Origin: Candidatus Enterousia sp.
GTDB taxonomy: Bacteria > Pseudomonadota > Alphaproteobacteria > Rs-D84
Reading direction: 5' to 3'
DNA length: 64,000 nucleotides
NCBI GenBank assembly: GCA_045645065.1
Contig: JAZRIB010000010.1
Coordinates: forward strand, 12,196-76,195
The notes under the pieces were generated by a model. The model saw only the letters and a program-made list of their open reading frames with translations, searched no databases and was not told the DNA's origin. The translations under genes and the position numbers were made by a program. This document shows, piece after piece, positions 36,113 to 46,260 of this stretch (the first letter of the stretch is position 1; every line of letters starts with the position of its first letter).

Positions 36113-36360
36113 TATAACCCCAACGCGTTGCGGTACATCTGGGTTAATTCATCGGCTTCGTCAATTTCATCTGGATCCATTTTACGTAAGCGTATCATTT
36201 GACGAATGTATTTAGGATCATAACCAGCAGATTTTGCTTCGCTATAAATTTCTTTGATATCAGCGGCAATTGCAGCAGTATCTTCGTTTAATTTTTCAAT
36301 TCTTTCAATAATGCTGATTAATTGTTGGTTATCAAACGCACCATGATTTGCTTGTTTCAT
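36112..36360 (-). CDS. gapR: GapR / DUF2312 (UPF0335) nucleoid-associated protein
   Basis: 82 aa from ATG 36360. QLISIIERIEKLNEDTAAIAADIKEIYSEAKSAGYDPKYIRQMIRLRKMD is the conserved DUF2312 pattern. The 205-aa track ORF is an artefactual 5' extension. Confidence 0.8.
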   Translation of the reverse strand: MKQANHGAFDNQQLISIIERIEKLNEDTAAIAADIKEIYSEAKSAGYDPKYIRQMIRLRKMDPDEIDEADELTQMYRNALGL

Positions 36361-36439
36361 TCTGTTTTCCCCTTGTTTATTTAATAACTTTATGATATAC
36401 AATAAATCGAAAAAATCAAGAAAAACAGAAAGGAAAATT

Positions 36440-37810
36440 ATGAATAAATATACAAAAATTACTGCTTCGATTGGTCCAAAATGCGAAAATCGCGAAACAT
36501 TAACACGTATGATTAAGGCGGGTGTTAATGTGTGCAGATTAAATTTCAGCCATGATACAGGCGATGTCCAAGGACAAAAAATCGACCTTATTCGCAGTAT
36601 TTCCGAAGAACTGGAAACACCAGTTGCAGTGATGATTGATCTGCAGGGGCCAAAACACCGTATTGGAAATTTTGCAACAGAAAACCCATACGACTTGACC
36701 ATAGGGCAAAAATTTATATTTGATAACAACCCTGCCCCAGGCGATAATACACGCGTTCAATTACCAGACACAGACGTATTAAGTTCCTTAAATGTTGGCG
36801 ACCGCGTATTGTTGAACGACGGAAAAATTGAAATGCGCGTTGATGAAGTCTTGGATGGCGCAGTAATAACAACTGTGTTGCGCGGAGATAAAATATGGTC
36901 ACGCCGCGGGTTTAATTTACCAGATACAGAAATCGCAACATCGGTGTTAACAAAAAAAGACCGTGCTGATTTGGAATATGCAATTACAAAAAAACCAGAT
37001 TACGTTGCAATTTCTTTTGTTCAACGCCCAGAAGACATCGCAGAAGTTCGCGATTTTATTACCCAGCGCACTTCACATCCGATAAAAATTATTGCAAAAA
37101 TAGAACGACCAAATGCAGTAGAAAGAATATGCGAAATTGCTGCTGCTGCTGATGGTATTATGATTGCACGTGGGGATTTAGCCGTAGAAGTACCATTCCA
37201 AGAAGTACCAGCAATATCGCGCTGTATCATTCGTGAATGCAGAAAGATGAATAAACCTGTGATTGTGGCAACACAAATGTTGGGCTCAATGGTCGCCAGC
37301 GAATTTCCAACACGCGCAGAAATAACAGACGTTGCAAATACCGCCTATTTGCGCGCAGATTCAACAATGACAAGCGAAGAAACAACCATCGGAATAAATC
37401 CAGTTAACGTGATTGATACGATGTATAAAATTTTGTCTAATGCCGATATTGACGCAATCGCAAATCCATTCGACTGGTCGCGTGTAGACCATATCCCTGA
37501 AAATGACTGGTCGCGTTCTGTGGCGTCGATGGCATACTTAAACAAAGCATCTGCAATTATTGTGTTTGCGCGCGATACAGATACAGCAATTCAGATTTCT
37601 TGTCGCAAGCCAGATATTCCAATCGTGGCAATATGTAATGAATCTGTGATTGCAAACCAGTTATGTTTGGCACGTGGAATATTCCCAATTTATGACGAAC
37701 GTTTATTCGGAATGCGTGATGCATTTAACGCAGCACGACGCTTTCATATCAACACAGGAAAATTGGTTATCGTTGACGAAGATAAAATCAGCCTGCGTAC
37801 ATTAGACTAA
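36440..37810 (+). CDS. pyk: Pyruvate kinase
   Basis: TKITASIGPKCEN, AGVNVCRLNFSHD, DLQGPKHRIG and MIARGDLAVEVP blocks. The start is set at ATG 36440 behind AAAGGAAAA. Confidence 0.95.
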   Translation: MNKYTKITASIGPKCENRETLTRMIKAGVNVCRLNFSHDTGDVQGQKIDLIRSISEELETPVAVMIDLQGPKHRIGNFATENPYDLTIGQKFIFDNNPAPGDNTRVQLPDTDVLSSLNVGDRVLLNDGKIEMRVDEVLDGAVITTVLRGDKIWSRRGFNLPDTEIATSVLTKKDRADLEYAITKKPDYVAISFVQRPEDIAEVRDFITQRTSHPIKIIAKIERPNAVERICEIAAAADGIMIARGDLAVEVPFQEVPAISRCIIRECRKMNKPVIVATQMLGSMVASEFPTRAEITDVANTAYLRADSTMTSEETTIGINPVNVIDTMYKILSNADIDAIANPFDWSRVDHIPENDWSRSVASMAYLNKASAIIVFARDTDTAIQISCRKPDIPIVAICNESVIANQLCLARGIFPIYDERLFGMRDAFNAARRFHINTGKLVIVDEDKISLRTLD

Positions 37811-37870
37811 TACAAAAAACAGCCACATAAAACAACGCTTGGTTTTTTGTTGTTTGGTGTGGCTGTTTTC

Positions 37871-38578
37871 TTAAAACCACCGATGCAATTCGCCACCGTT
37901 TTTAGTCAACCAGCGTTTTGCACGCTCAACACCAAAACCATACAATTCGCGCACCGTCGCCCAGAATTCAGCCGAATGATCCATGTGGCGTGTGTGTGCC
38001 AGTTCATGCATAACAACATAACGCATCACATCAGATGGCGCAAATGCCAATCGCCACGAAAAAGACATAGTGCCGGTGGTTGAACAACTGCCCCAACGGG
38101 TGGTGGTATCACGTATGGCAATACGCGCCGGCCAAAATTCACGTGGCGTGGTACGTATAATTTCTTTGACCCGTTTCAGAAATTCTGATTTTATAAAATC
38201 ACGTACACGACGTTCAAACATATCTGCCCCACCCCCAACATACAATGTGTACGTTCCATTATTGTTTTGGACAAACGAATTTGCACGACGCGTGGCATCG
38301 TGTACCAAAATCACATGTAAATCAAAAACTAAAATTGTGTCACCTGGCAACAGGTTACATTTTTGGGGACATTTTGCATAAATATTTTCAACCCATTTAC
38401 GTTTAGATTCCAGAAACCGTAACGCAGACGTATTAGACGCCAACCATGGTCGCGATATATGAATTTCACGTATCGGACATGTCTTGGGGCGTAATGTTAT
38501 GTTACGCGCCCCACGTCGCGTTTGAATTATAACAGGTATACGTTCGCCATTTGATAAAACAAATTCAAATTCGGCCAT
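37871..38578 (-). CDS. M48-like metal-dependent hydrolase (YgjP/DUF45 family)
   Basis: The C-terminal block VVMHELAHTRHMDHSAEFW is the YgjP-type HExxH...H..EFW motif. Confidence 0.8.
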   Translation of the reverse strand: MAEFEFVLSNGERIPVIIQTRRGARNITLRPKTCPIREIHISRPWLASNTSALRFLESKRKWVENIYAKCPQKCNLLPGDTILVFDLHVILVHDATRRANSFVQNNNGTYTLYVGGGADMFERRVRDFIKSEFLKRVKEIIRTTPREFWPARIAIRDTTTRWGSCSTTGTMSFSWRLAFAPSDVMRYVVMHELAHTRHMDHSAEFWATVRELYGFGVERAKRWLTKNGGELHRWF

Positions 38579-38579
38579 T

Positions 38580-40361
38580 TTATTTAATTTTATTTTTCAA
38601 ATCTTGTGCGATTTTATAAGCGTCAAATCCATATGCATGATACACATCAGAACCAGATCCAGACATACCAAATTCATCAATACCAACCACCGCATCTGCA
38701 AATTCAAACCACGCAGATGTTGCGCCTGCTTCGATTACAACAACAAACCCACGCAAGATTTCATTTTTATATTCATCTGATTGACGCTTAAAATATTCAA
38801 CCGATGGCATTGATACAACCTGAATACCGTCACCCAGTTTTTCTGCAACCGAAACCGCCAATGGAACTTCTGAACCGGTGGCAATAATCGTTGCACGAAC
38901 ACGCGCCGTTGACGCTGGACGTATCACATAGCCCCCGCGACAAATCTGTGCGTCTTGGGGTGTTGGAATTTGCTTAAACTTTTGTCGTGATAAAATTATA
39001 GAAGTCGGACTGTTGTTATCACGCAATGCCATTTGCCAAGATGCTGCAACCTCACTGGCGTTACATGGACGAAATACATTCATATTTGGTATTAAACGTA
39101 ATGACGCCAACTGTTCAATCGGTTGATGTGTTGGGCCATCTTCGCCAACAGCAATACTGTCATGGGTCAAAACATAAATCGATGGCAATTTGGACAACGC
39201 CGCCAATCGCATGGCTGGGCGCATATAATCACTGAACACTAAAAATGTTGAACCATATGCACGCAGACCAACCGATACAATCCCATTCATAATCGACGCC
39301 ATCGCGTGTTCACGCACACCATAATTTATATAGTTCCCATCAAACACACCCGGCACAACATCACGTGATGATGCAACACGTGTATTCGTACTTGCCCCCA
39401 GATCCGCACTGCCCCCAAACAGAGGATAACCAGAACGGATAATTTCGTTTACATACATACCAGACAATTCACGTGTCGAAATCACATCTGGGGTCAAAGG
39501 CATTTTTACAGACGATACGTTCATAGACGGATTTATCATTAACATATCAACACGACGACGTGCAACGTCTGACCACAACATTTCCCCAGTCGAAGATATG
39601 TTTTCTTCGATTAAATGGGATAATTCTGTGTCATCCAACGCAAATCCATGCGCACGATTGGAACCCGCCAAACTGGAACCAGCACCAATTTTGGTCTTGC
39701 ACTGAATAAATGTTGGTTTTTCAGCAGTCTGGGCAGATGACAACGCACGATTAATTTTTGCAAAATCATTTCCCGGGACAGTTATAACATCCCAGCCAGC
39801 CGCCGTCATACGCATCGCAACATCAATATCTGTTTGCGCAACACCATCAATAGACACACCATTGTCGTCCCATAACAAAATCAGATTGTTTAATTTATAG
39901 CGTCCGGCGAATGAAATCGCTTCGTTTGCGACCCCTTCCATTAAATCGCCGTCTGAACATAGACAATATACACGACCGTCTGAATTACGCAATTTTTCCG
40001 CCAATGCGATACCGGTTGCATTTCCAACACCCTGACCCAGGGGTCCTGTGGTCGCATCGACACCATCAATACCGAATTCTGGATGACCCGGCAATCCACC
40101 AATTTTACGGAATGAATTAAGTGGACGAATATCGTATCCACATAAATTTAACACAGAATACAACAATGCCGAACCATGCCCCGCAGACAAAACAAATTTG
40201 TCGCGACCAAAACGTAAATAATTCGCATAAATTGCAGTTACAATATCAGACGCACCAAGCACAATACCAACATGACCATTTTTGGCACACTTTAATGCAT
40301 GTAATGCCCATGCGCGTACGGCACGGGACATTTCTTTTAAATCTTTGGAATTATATGACAT
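38580..40361 (-). CDS. tkt: Transketolase
   Basis: GHVGIVLGASD, SAGHGSALLYS, GPLGQGVGNATG and GDLMEGV (ThDP motif), plus the central EDGPTHQPIE block. The start is set at ATG 40361 (MSYNSKDLKEM); the track ORF start at 40478 overlaps rnhA. Confidence 0.9.
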   Translation of the reverse strand: MSYNSKDLKEMSRAVRAWALHALKCAKNGHVGIVLGASDIVTAIYANYLRFGRDKFVLSAGHGSALLYSVLNLCGYDIRPLNSFRKIGGLPGHPEFGIDGVDATTGPLGQGVGNATGIALAEKLRNSDGRVYCLCSDGDLMEGVANEAISFAGRYKLNNLILLWDDNGVSIDGVAQTDIDVAMRMTAAGWDVITVPGNDFAKINRALSSAQTAEKPTFIQCKTKIGAGSSLAGSNRAHGFALDDTELSHLIEENISSTGEMLWSDVARRRVDMLMINPSMNVSSVKMPLTPDVISTRELSGMYVNEIIRSGYPLFGGSADLGASTNTRVASSRDVVPGVFDGNYINYGVREHAMASIMNGIVSVGLRAYGSTFLVFSDYMRPAMRLAALSKLPSIYVLTHDSIAVGEDGPTHQPIEQLASLRLIPNMNVFRPCNASEVAASWQMALRDNNSPTSIILSRQKFKQIPTPQDAQICRGGYVIRPASTARVRATIIATGSEVPLAVSVAEKLGDGIQVVSMPSVEYFKRQSDEYKNEILRGFVVVIEAGATSAWFEFADAVVGIDEFGMSGSGSDVYHAYGFDAYKIAQDLKNKIK

Positions 40362-40396
40362 GTATGATATTATATCACAAAAAGGGTATATATAAA

Positions 40397-40825
40397 ATGT
40401 TAAAAATTTGGACAGATGGTTCTTGTCTGGGCAACCCAGGCCCAGGTGGATGGGGATTCGTAGCAACAGATGGCACACATATTGCAGAACGCAGTGGTGG
40501 TGAAAAAAACACTACAAACAATCGGATGGAATTGATGGCGGTGATATGCGCATTGACGGCTGCGCGTAAACACGACGAACTGGAAATACACACCGACAGT
40601 CAATATGTAAAAAACGGTATGTTATCCTGGGTAAAAAATTGGAAGAAAAACAACTGGCGAACTGCTGATAAAAAGCCCGTCAAAAATCAGGATTTATGGA
40701 TAAAACTGGACGAATTGGCTGCAACCAAAAAAATCCATTGGTTTTGGGTGCGCGGACACAATGGCGATGAAATGAACGAACGCGTGGATTTATTAGCACG
40801 AACAGCAGCAGAAAACTTAAAATAA
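40397..40825 (+). CDS. rnhA: Ribonuclease HI
   Basis: MLKIWTDGSCLGNPGPGGWG...TNNRMEL...TDSQYV...W.KNNW...VKNQDLW...HWFWVRGHNG...NERVDLLA; 142 aa. The track ORF start at 40121 is an artefactual extension. Confidence 0.95.
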   Translation: MLKIWTDGSCLGNPGPGGWGFVATDGTHIAERSGGEKNTTNNRMELMAVICALTAARKHDELEIHTDSQYVKNGMLSWVKNWKKNNWRTADKKPVKNQDLWIKLDELAATKKIHWFWVRGHNGDEMNERVDLLARTAAENLK

Positions 40826-40827
40826 AC

Positions 40828-40853
40828 ATCCCCCAAATATGGGGGATATTTTT
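40828..40853. terminator. Bidirectional terminator between rnhA and pyrG
   Basis: ATCCCCC-aaatat-GGGGGAT hairpin followed by a T-run; it overlaps the pyrG stop codon. Confidence 0.65.
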
Positions 40854-42426
40854 ATTTATGATTTTTTGACGCAGCCGCAATAAATGCATTGAACATTGGA
40901 TGTCCATGATACGGGCTGGATTGAAATTCTGGATGGAATTGTCCCGCTACAAAGAACGGATGCGATGGAATTTCAATAATCTCGGGCAATTTGCCATCAG
41001 GGCTGAGACCTGATATTTTCATGCCCGCAGCCTCAAATTTTTCACGCCAGGCAACGTCCATCTCGTACCGATGACGATGACGTTCGCTGATTTGTTCCAC
41101 ACCATAGATTTCATATGCACGGGAGCCCGGTGCAATTACACACGGATATGCCCCCAGGCGCAATGTACCACCCATATCAGCCGCATCGTGATCCGCCATT
41201 ATATTTATAATTGGCGTTGCACTTTTGTTAAATTCCGTTGAATCCGCATCAGCAATCCCCAGCACGTTGCGTGCAAATTCAATAACTGCAACATGCATAC
41301 CCAATGATATACCCATATACGGCACTTTGTTTTCACGCGCATATCCCGCAGCAGCTATTTTACCTGCAACGCCACGTACGCCAAAACCACCAGGAACCAA
41401 GATTCCATCAACATCAGAACAATCTTCTGGACAAAACGTTTCTGCGTTTATCTTTTTCAAATTCACATGAACATTATTTTGAATACCGGCATGGAACAAC
41501 GCGTCGTTTAGCGATTTGTACGCATCAGGCACATCAAAATATTTACCAACAATACCAATATTAACAGTCGGAATATCAGCCCCCAGATATTTATCTATTT
41601 TTTCAAAGCGTGACATGTCGCCAATCGCATTGGGTAATCCAAAGTGATCTGCGATAATATCAAACACGTGTTGAGATTCGTATACCAATGGAATTTTATA
41701 AATATTATCAACATCAATACCACTGATTACATTTTTTGCCGGCAAATTACAGAACATTCCTATTTTTGCACGTTCTTCTGGGGTTAGTATGCGTGGTGTA
41801 CGCACGATTAACATATCCGCCTGGACCCCATTTTCAAGCAAGCGTCGTACCGACATTTGTGTAGGCTTGGTTTTTAATTCGCCAGATTTTTCCAAATACG
41901 GCGCCAATGTTAAATGCACAAACATTACATTTCTGCGACCAACCTGGTTTGCAAACTGACGAATTGATTCAAGGAAAACCTGTCCTTCGATATCACCGAC
42001 TGTGCCGCCAATTTCACATACAACAAAGTCTGTGTTGGTCGGTGCTGCAATATATTCTTTGATTTTATTTGTAACATGCGGAATCATCTGGACGGTGGCC
42101 CCCATATAATCACCACGACGTTCAGCGTTCAACACATCCCAATAAATACGTCCACCAGACACAGAATCGTTACGCGACAAACGCGCACCTAAGAATCGTT
42201 CATAATATCCCAAATCTAAATCTGTTTCATGACCATCGTTCGTAACATAAACTTCGCCATGCTGTAATGGCGACATTTTGCCAGGATCAATGTTCAGATA
42301 CGGATCAAATTTACGCGCATGCACCGTATAGCCGCGCGATTGAAGAAGGGCGCCACAACTTGCCGCCGCGACGCCCTTGCCTAAACTGGAAACCACACCA
42401 CCGGTAATAAAAATATACTTTGTCAT
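40852..42426 (-). CDS. pyrG: CTP synthase
   Basis: MTKYIFITGGVVSSLGKG, the ...GTVGDIE... block, and a glutamine amidotransferase domain (GILVPGGFG, ...GISLGMH..., HRHRYE). Confidence 0.95.
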   Translation of the reverse strand: MTKYIFITGGVVSSLGKGVAAASCGALLQSRGYTVHARKFDPYLNIDPGKMSPLQHGEVYVTNDGHETDLDLGYYERFLGARLSRNDSVSGGRIYWDVLNAERRGDYMGATVQMIPHVTNKIKEYIAAPTNTDFVVCEIGGTVGDIEGQVFLESIRQFANQVGRRNVMFVHLTLAPYLEKSGELKTKPTQMSVRRLLENGVQADMLIVRTPRILTPEERAKIGMFCNLPAKNVISGIDVDNIYKIPLVYESQHVFDIIADHFGLPNAIGDMSRFEKIDKYLGADIPTVNIGIVGKYFDVPDAYKSLNDALFHAGIQNNVHVNLKKINAETFCPEDCSDVDGILVPGGFGVRGVAGKIAAAGYARENKVPYMGISLGMHVAVIEFARNVLGIADADSTEFNKSATPIINIMADHDAADMGGTLRLGAYPCVIAPGSRAYEIYGVEQISERHRHRYEMDVAWREKFEAAGMKISGLSPDGKLPEIIEIPSHPFFVAGQFHPEFQSSPYHGHPMFNAFIAAASKNHK

Positions 42427-42505
42427 AAGAAATACCCCCTTATGTATTATTAGCATACAAAAAAATTACGTTGCAGTGCAATCAAATAAATTCATATACT
42501 GGGGT

Positions 42506-44431
42506 ATGATAAAATTCCTTAGAAATCAATATCAGAATTTATTTTTATGGGCCAGCATCACAATGGCGTTTGGTGCAGCACTGTATTTTGTGTTGCCGTA
42601 TGAACCAAATATTCCATTTGCAGGTATTTTAGCCGTCGCTTTGTTCGGGATTTTGATTTTGAAACATATTCCAATTTTTCTGCGTGCGGTGGCCGTGTTC
42701 ATGTTTGGGTTCGTTTATGCATCTGCATATACCCAAATGATTGATACACCGCAAATAAAATCCACAATGCGAGATACAAATATTGTGGGCACTGTCCGCA
42801 AGATTGATTTTGCCAATGATAAATCGCGAATCTATATCAAAACAGATGACGATATGCGTATTCGTGTGTCGGTGGACAAAAATTTAAGCACACCAAATGT
42901 TGGTGACAAAATAAGCGCAACCGCAACACTGTTTCGGCCGGCGGGTGCATATGCGCCGGCAACATTTGACTATGCACGCTGGGCATATTTTAATGGGTTA
43001 AGTGCTACGGGGTATTTATCGGATTACAGTGTTATAAATTCAAAGCACGGTTTTAATATAAATTCATTACGTGATGATTTACATAAATCTGCAGTTTCGT
43101 TTTTAGTAGACAGTTTAGTTTTGGGATATAAAAACGCAGTACCTGAAAATGACAATAAAATATGGACCGCCACAGGCATTGGACACGTCTGGTCAATTAG
43201 TGGTTTTCATATGACACTGGTTGGTGGGTGGTTGTTTGCGATATTCTTTTTAATTTTCAGAAGCATTCCATATGTCACACGCCGTATACCCGCAAGAATC
43301 CCAGCAATGTGTTGCGCCTGGACGGGATTGTTGGGATATTTGTTAGTGTCTGGATTAGATGTTGCAACAATTCGTGCGTTTTTGATGACTACATTAGTGT
43401 TCTTGGCGTTTGTCATTGGTCGCAACGCAATTTCTATACGTAATGTTTGTCTGGCATTTTGTTTGATATTTTTAATCAATCCGCACTATGTTATGCAGCC
43501 AGGTTTCCAATTATCGTTCGCAGCGGTTTTTGGTTTGATTTGGTTTTGGGGAGATATAAAACACATCAAACGAACACGTTTCCAGAAAATTTTGCGTGCG
43601 ATTTATGCGACAATTATGACATCTATTATCGCAACAATATTTACTGCACCATTTGTTATCGCACATTTTTATAGCATACCAATCTATGGTGTAATTGGGA
43701 ACTTGATTTTATTACCGATATTTTCATTTGCAATTATGCCACTGGTTATGATTGGTGCGTGTGGTTTTGGTATGGCAACAAATCTGGCACACGAGATTTA
43801 TGATTGGACGTTGGGGATTGCAGAGCATATTGCAAATTTACCATTAGCCACTATTACAATGCCACATATTTCAAATATAGCAATGGTGTTGTTTATACTG
43901 GGGCTGGCGAGTATAATATTTATTCGTGCAGGAAAATTCAAAGAAAACATAATTATTGGTGCAACTTTTATTGGTCTGGGAATCACAACAAATCTTTTGC
44001 AAAGTCGCCCGTGGTTTATGTCAACACACGACAATGAATTGGTTGCGTTTCGTCGCCCAGATGGAAAATTAAATTTTAATATGAAAAGTGCTGCAAATCA
44101 CTATTTCGCTTTTGATACATTCTTACAGATTTCTGGCAATTCAATTGAAGCACCGCGTCACAAGCATCGGTGTTCGCGCGGGGTATGTGAATTTCAATCA
44201 AATAAAATTAACATAGTGTACACACAACGTTTTATACCGTTATTAAAAAACTTTGACACATGGTGCGCGGATGATAATGTTGATTATATTGTGTCTTATT
44301 TGAATATCAATGCGCCAAAATGTGAACATAAAATATTAAAGGGGGCATTTATAATTTATGACAATGGTCGCATAAAGAAATTTTCACAAAATCGTTATTG
44401 GCACAAGCATACGCAACACAATAGATTTTAA
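42506..44431 (+). CDS. comEC: ComEC/Rec2 family DNA internalisation channel protein (no obvious C-terminal metallo-beta-lactamase motif)
   Basis: N-terminal TMs plus an OB-like region, and a competence-domain block GIGHVWSISGFHMTLVGGW in a polytopic core. I saw no HxHxDH motif in the C-terminal ~150 aa. The start is set at ATG 42506. Confidence 0.85.
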   Translation: MIKFLRNQYQNLFLWASITMAFGAALYFVLPYEPNIPFAGILAVALFGILILKHIPIFLRAVAVFMFGFVYASAYTQMIDTPQIKSTMRDTNIVGTVRKIDFANDKSRIYIKTDDDMRIRVSVDKNLSTPNVGDKISATATLFRPAGAYAPATFDYARWAYFNGLSATGYLSDYSVINSKHGFNINSLRDDLHKSAVSFLVDSLVLGYKNAVPENDNKIWTATGIGHVWSISGFHMTLVGGWLFAIFFLIFRSIPYVTRRIPARIPAMCCAWTGLLGYLLVSGLDVATIRAFLMTTLVFLAFVIGRNAISIRNVCLAFCLIFLINPHYVMQPGFQLSFAAVFGLIWFWGDIKHIKRTRFQKILRAIYATIMTSIIATIFTAPFVIAHFYSIPIYGVIGNLILLPIFSFAIMPLVMIGACGFGMATNLAHEIYDWTLGIAEHIANLPLATITMPHISNIAMVLFILGLASIIFIRAGKFKENIIIGATFIGLGITTNLLQSRPWFMSTHDNELVAFRRPDGKLNFNMKSAANHYFAFDTFLQISGNSIEAPRHKHRCSRGVCEFQSNKINIVYTQRFIPLLKNFDTWCADDNVDYIVSYLNINAPKCEHKILKGAFIIYDNGRIKKFSQNRYWHKHTQHNRF

Positions 44432-44472
44432 TTATTGACCGCGCGCGCAAAAATTTACTAAACTGCATCTTG

Positions 44473-45648
44473 ATGAGAATGCATTTCATAATCTTGGTTG
44501 GTTTATTATTAGGAACACCTGGGTATGCGGCGCAATATCGCGCGGCACTGGTTGCGGATATGAATACAGGTCGGGTTTTATACCAAGAAAACGCTAATGA
44601 ATTAAACTACCCTGCTTCTTTGACCAAAATAATGACACTGTATTTGACATTTGATGCATTGGAACATGGTCGGTTAAACCTGGATGATTATTTAATCGTA
44701 TCCACAGCGGCAGCAAACGCAGAACCTGTTAAATTGGGGCTTCCGGCGGGTTCTAAAATTCGGGTCGAAGATGCAATAAAAGCAGTTGCTGTGCACAGCG
44801 CAAATGATGTTGCGCGTGTGTTGGCTGAAAATTTGAAGGGTGGCCAAGAAGAATCTTTTGCAGATTTAATGACACGTGTTGCGCGTGAAATTGGACTGAC
44901 GCGGACTAATTTTGAAAATTCATCAGGATTACCAAATGATGATCATATGTCAACGGCACGTGATATTGCGTTGCTTTCCATGGCGGTTTATAAACATTTC
45001 CCACAATATTGGAAATATTTTGGAATAAAATCATGGACATATAACGGTAAAACATACACAAATGGAAATCGCCTGTTGGGTTCGTTTAATGGTTGTGACG
45101 GTATGAAAACTGGATATACAAAAAAATCTAAGTATTCACTGGTAGCAACTGCACATCGTGGGGACGCACATTTAATGTCTGTGGTATTGGGGGCTGAAAA
45201 CAAAGACGTGCGCGCAAATGTCGCAGCACAGATGTTAAACAAAGGATTTGGTTTAATGGGTGTGTCACCAGAATCTGTGGTGGCAACAACGCCAGTGCGT
45301 ACATATTCAGCACCAAATGATACAACAGCATCTGCGTCTACATTTAACGCTGCATACAATGCGGCCACTGCTGCCGCTGTGCCGGAATATCGCGCAGCAA
45401 AACCAACCACACACGCAACAAAGACAACCATTGGTGGGACCGGTGTTCAATTCGGGGCGTTTTCATCACGTGATGCCGCAGAATCACAGGTCGCAAATGT
45501 CAAATCACGTCTGAACGCAAATGCAACGATTGAAAGCGCACCAAACGGAATGTATCGGGTACGTGTGAACGGTTTAACCGAAGGGGCCGCACAAAAACTG
45601 AAAGCATCAGCCACAGCTAATGGTATTGACAGTTATGTTTTTCACTAG
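44473..45648 (+). CDS. D-alanyl-D-alanine carboxypeptidase (S11, PBP5/6-like) with C-terminal SPOR domain
   Basis: Signal peptide; the active-site PASLTK (SxxK), SGL (SxN-like) and KTGYT (KTG) motifs. The C-terminal GVQFGAFSSRDAAESQV...YRVRVNGL...A fits a SPOR repeat. Confidence 0.85.
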   Translation: MRMHFIILVGLLLGTPGYAAQYRAALVADMNTGRVLYQENANELNYPASLTKIMTLYLTFDALEHGRLNLDDYLIVSTAAANAEPVKLGLPAGSKIRVEDAIKAVAVHSANDVARVLAENLKGGQEESFADLMTRVAREIGLTRTNFENSSGLPNDDHMSTARDIALLSMAVYKHFPQYWKYFGIKSWTYNGKTYTNGNRLLGSFNGCDGMKTGYTKKSKYSLVATAHRGDAHLMSVVLGAENKDVRANVAAQMLNKGFGLMGVSPESVVATTPVRTYSAPNDTTASASTFNAAYNAATAAAVPEYRAAKPTTHATKTTIGGTGVQFGAFSSRDAAESQVANVKSRLNANATIESAPNGMYRVRVNGLTEGAAQKLKASATANGIDSYVFH

Positions 45649-45663
45649 TATTGTATACATATT

Positions 45664-46260
45664 ATGAATCCAAAAATAGAAAAGTTGATTAAGTTATTTG
45701 CAAAATTACCACGCGTTGGTTCGCGCGGTGGGCAACGTATTGTTTTGTCTTTGCTGCAAGATAAAACTGGTCGTGCCGCAACGTTGGCGTCTGCGTTGAT
45801 AGATGCGTCTGAAAACATCGCACAATGCGCATGTTGTGGCGTTTTAACAGATCGTGGCAATGCCTGTGAATTTTGTCGCGATAACGCGCGTCAAAACGGT
45901 CAACTGTGTATCGTACGCGATTTGGCCGATGTTTGGACACTGGAAAAATCATCGGTATTTCATGGACGTTATCATATTATTGGGGGATTGTTGTCGGGGG
46001 CGGGTGGTATTTTACCGTCTGATTTGAATATCAAAAATTTACATGAACGCATTAAAGATGAAAACATCAACGAAATCATTTTTGCGTTACCCAATACAGT
46101 TGAAGGAAAGACCACACAACACTATATTATGTCTGTAATAGGCAATGCAGAAAACGTTACTTTTTCTGAACTTGCATCTGGGGTACCATTGGGCGGAGAT
46201 TTAGACTATATTGATGACGGCACATTAACGTTGGCATTTGGGGGGCGAAAATCACTATGA
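45664..46260 (+). CDS. recR: Recombination protein RecR
   Basis: LIKLFAKLPRVGSRGGQRI (HhH), a CxxC...CxxC zinc finger (CACCGVLTDRGNACEFC), and a Toprim domain (LCIVRDLADVW). Confidence 0.95.
   Translation: MNPKIEKLIKLFAKLPRVGSRGGQRIVLSLLQDKTGRAATLASALIDASENIAQCACCGVLTDRGNACEFCRDNARQNGQLCIVRDLADVWTLEKSSVFHGRYHIIGGLLSGAGGILPSDLNIKNLHERIKDENINEIIFALPNTVEGKTTQHYIMSVIGNAENVTFSELASGVPLGGDLDYIDDGTLTLAFGGRKSL

Noticed and set aside
36112-36729. Track ORFs with long 5' extensions: 36112-36729 (gapR), 40121-40825 (rnhA), 38580-40478 (tkt), 42377-44431 (comEC), 62905-63573 (rplJ), 27749-28585 (DUF1796), 31672-32190 and 14157-14804.
   Set aside because: The conserved protein begins at an internal ATG with a plausible SD. 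The extensions overlap neighbouring genes or leaders and encode non-conserved junk, so I trimmed the starts rather than treating them as fusions or overlapping genes.
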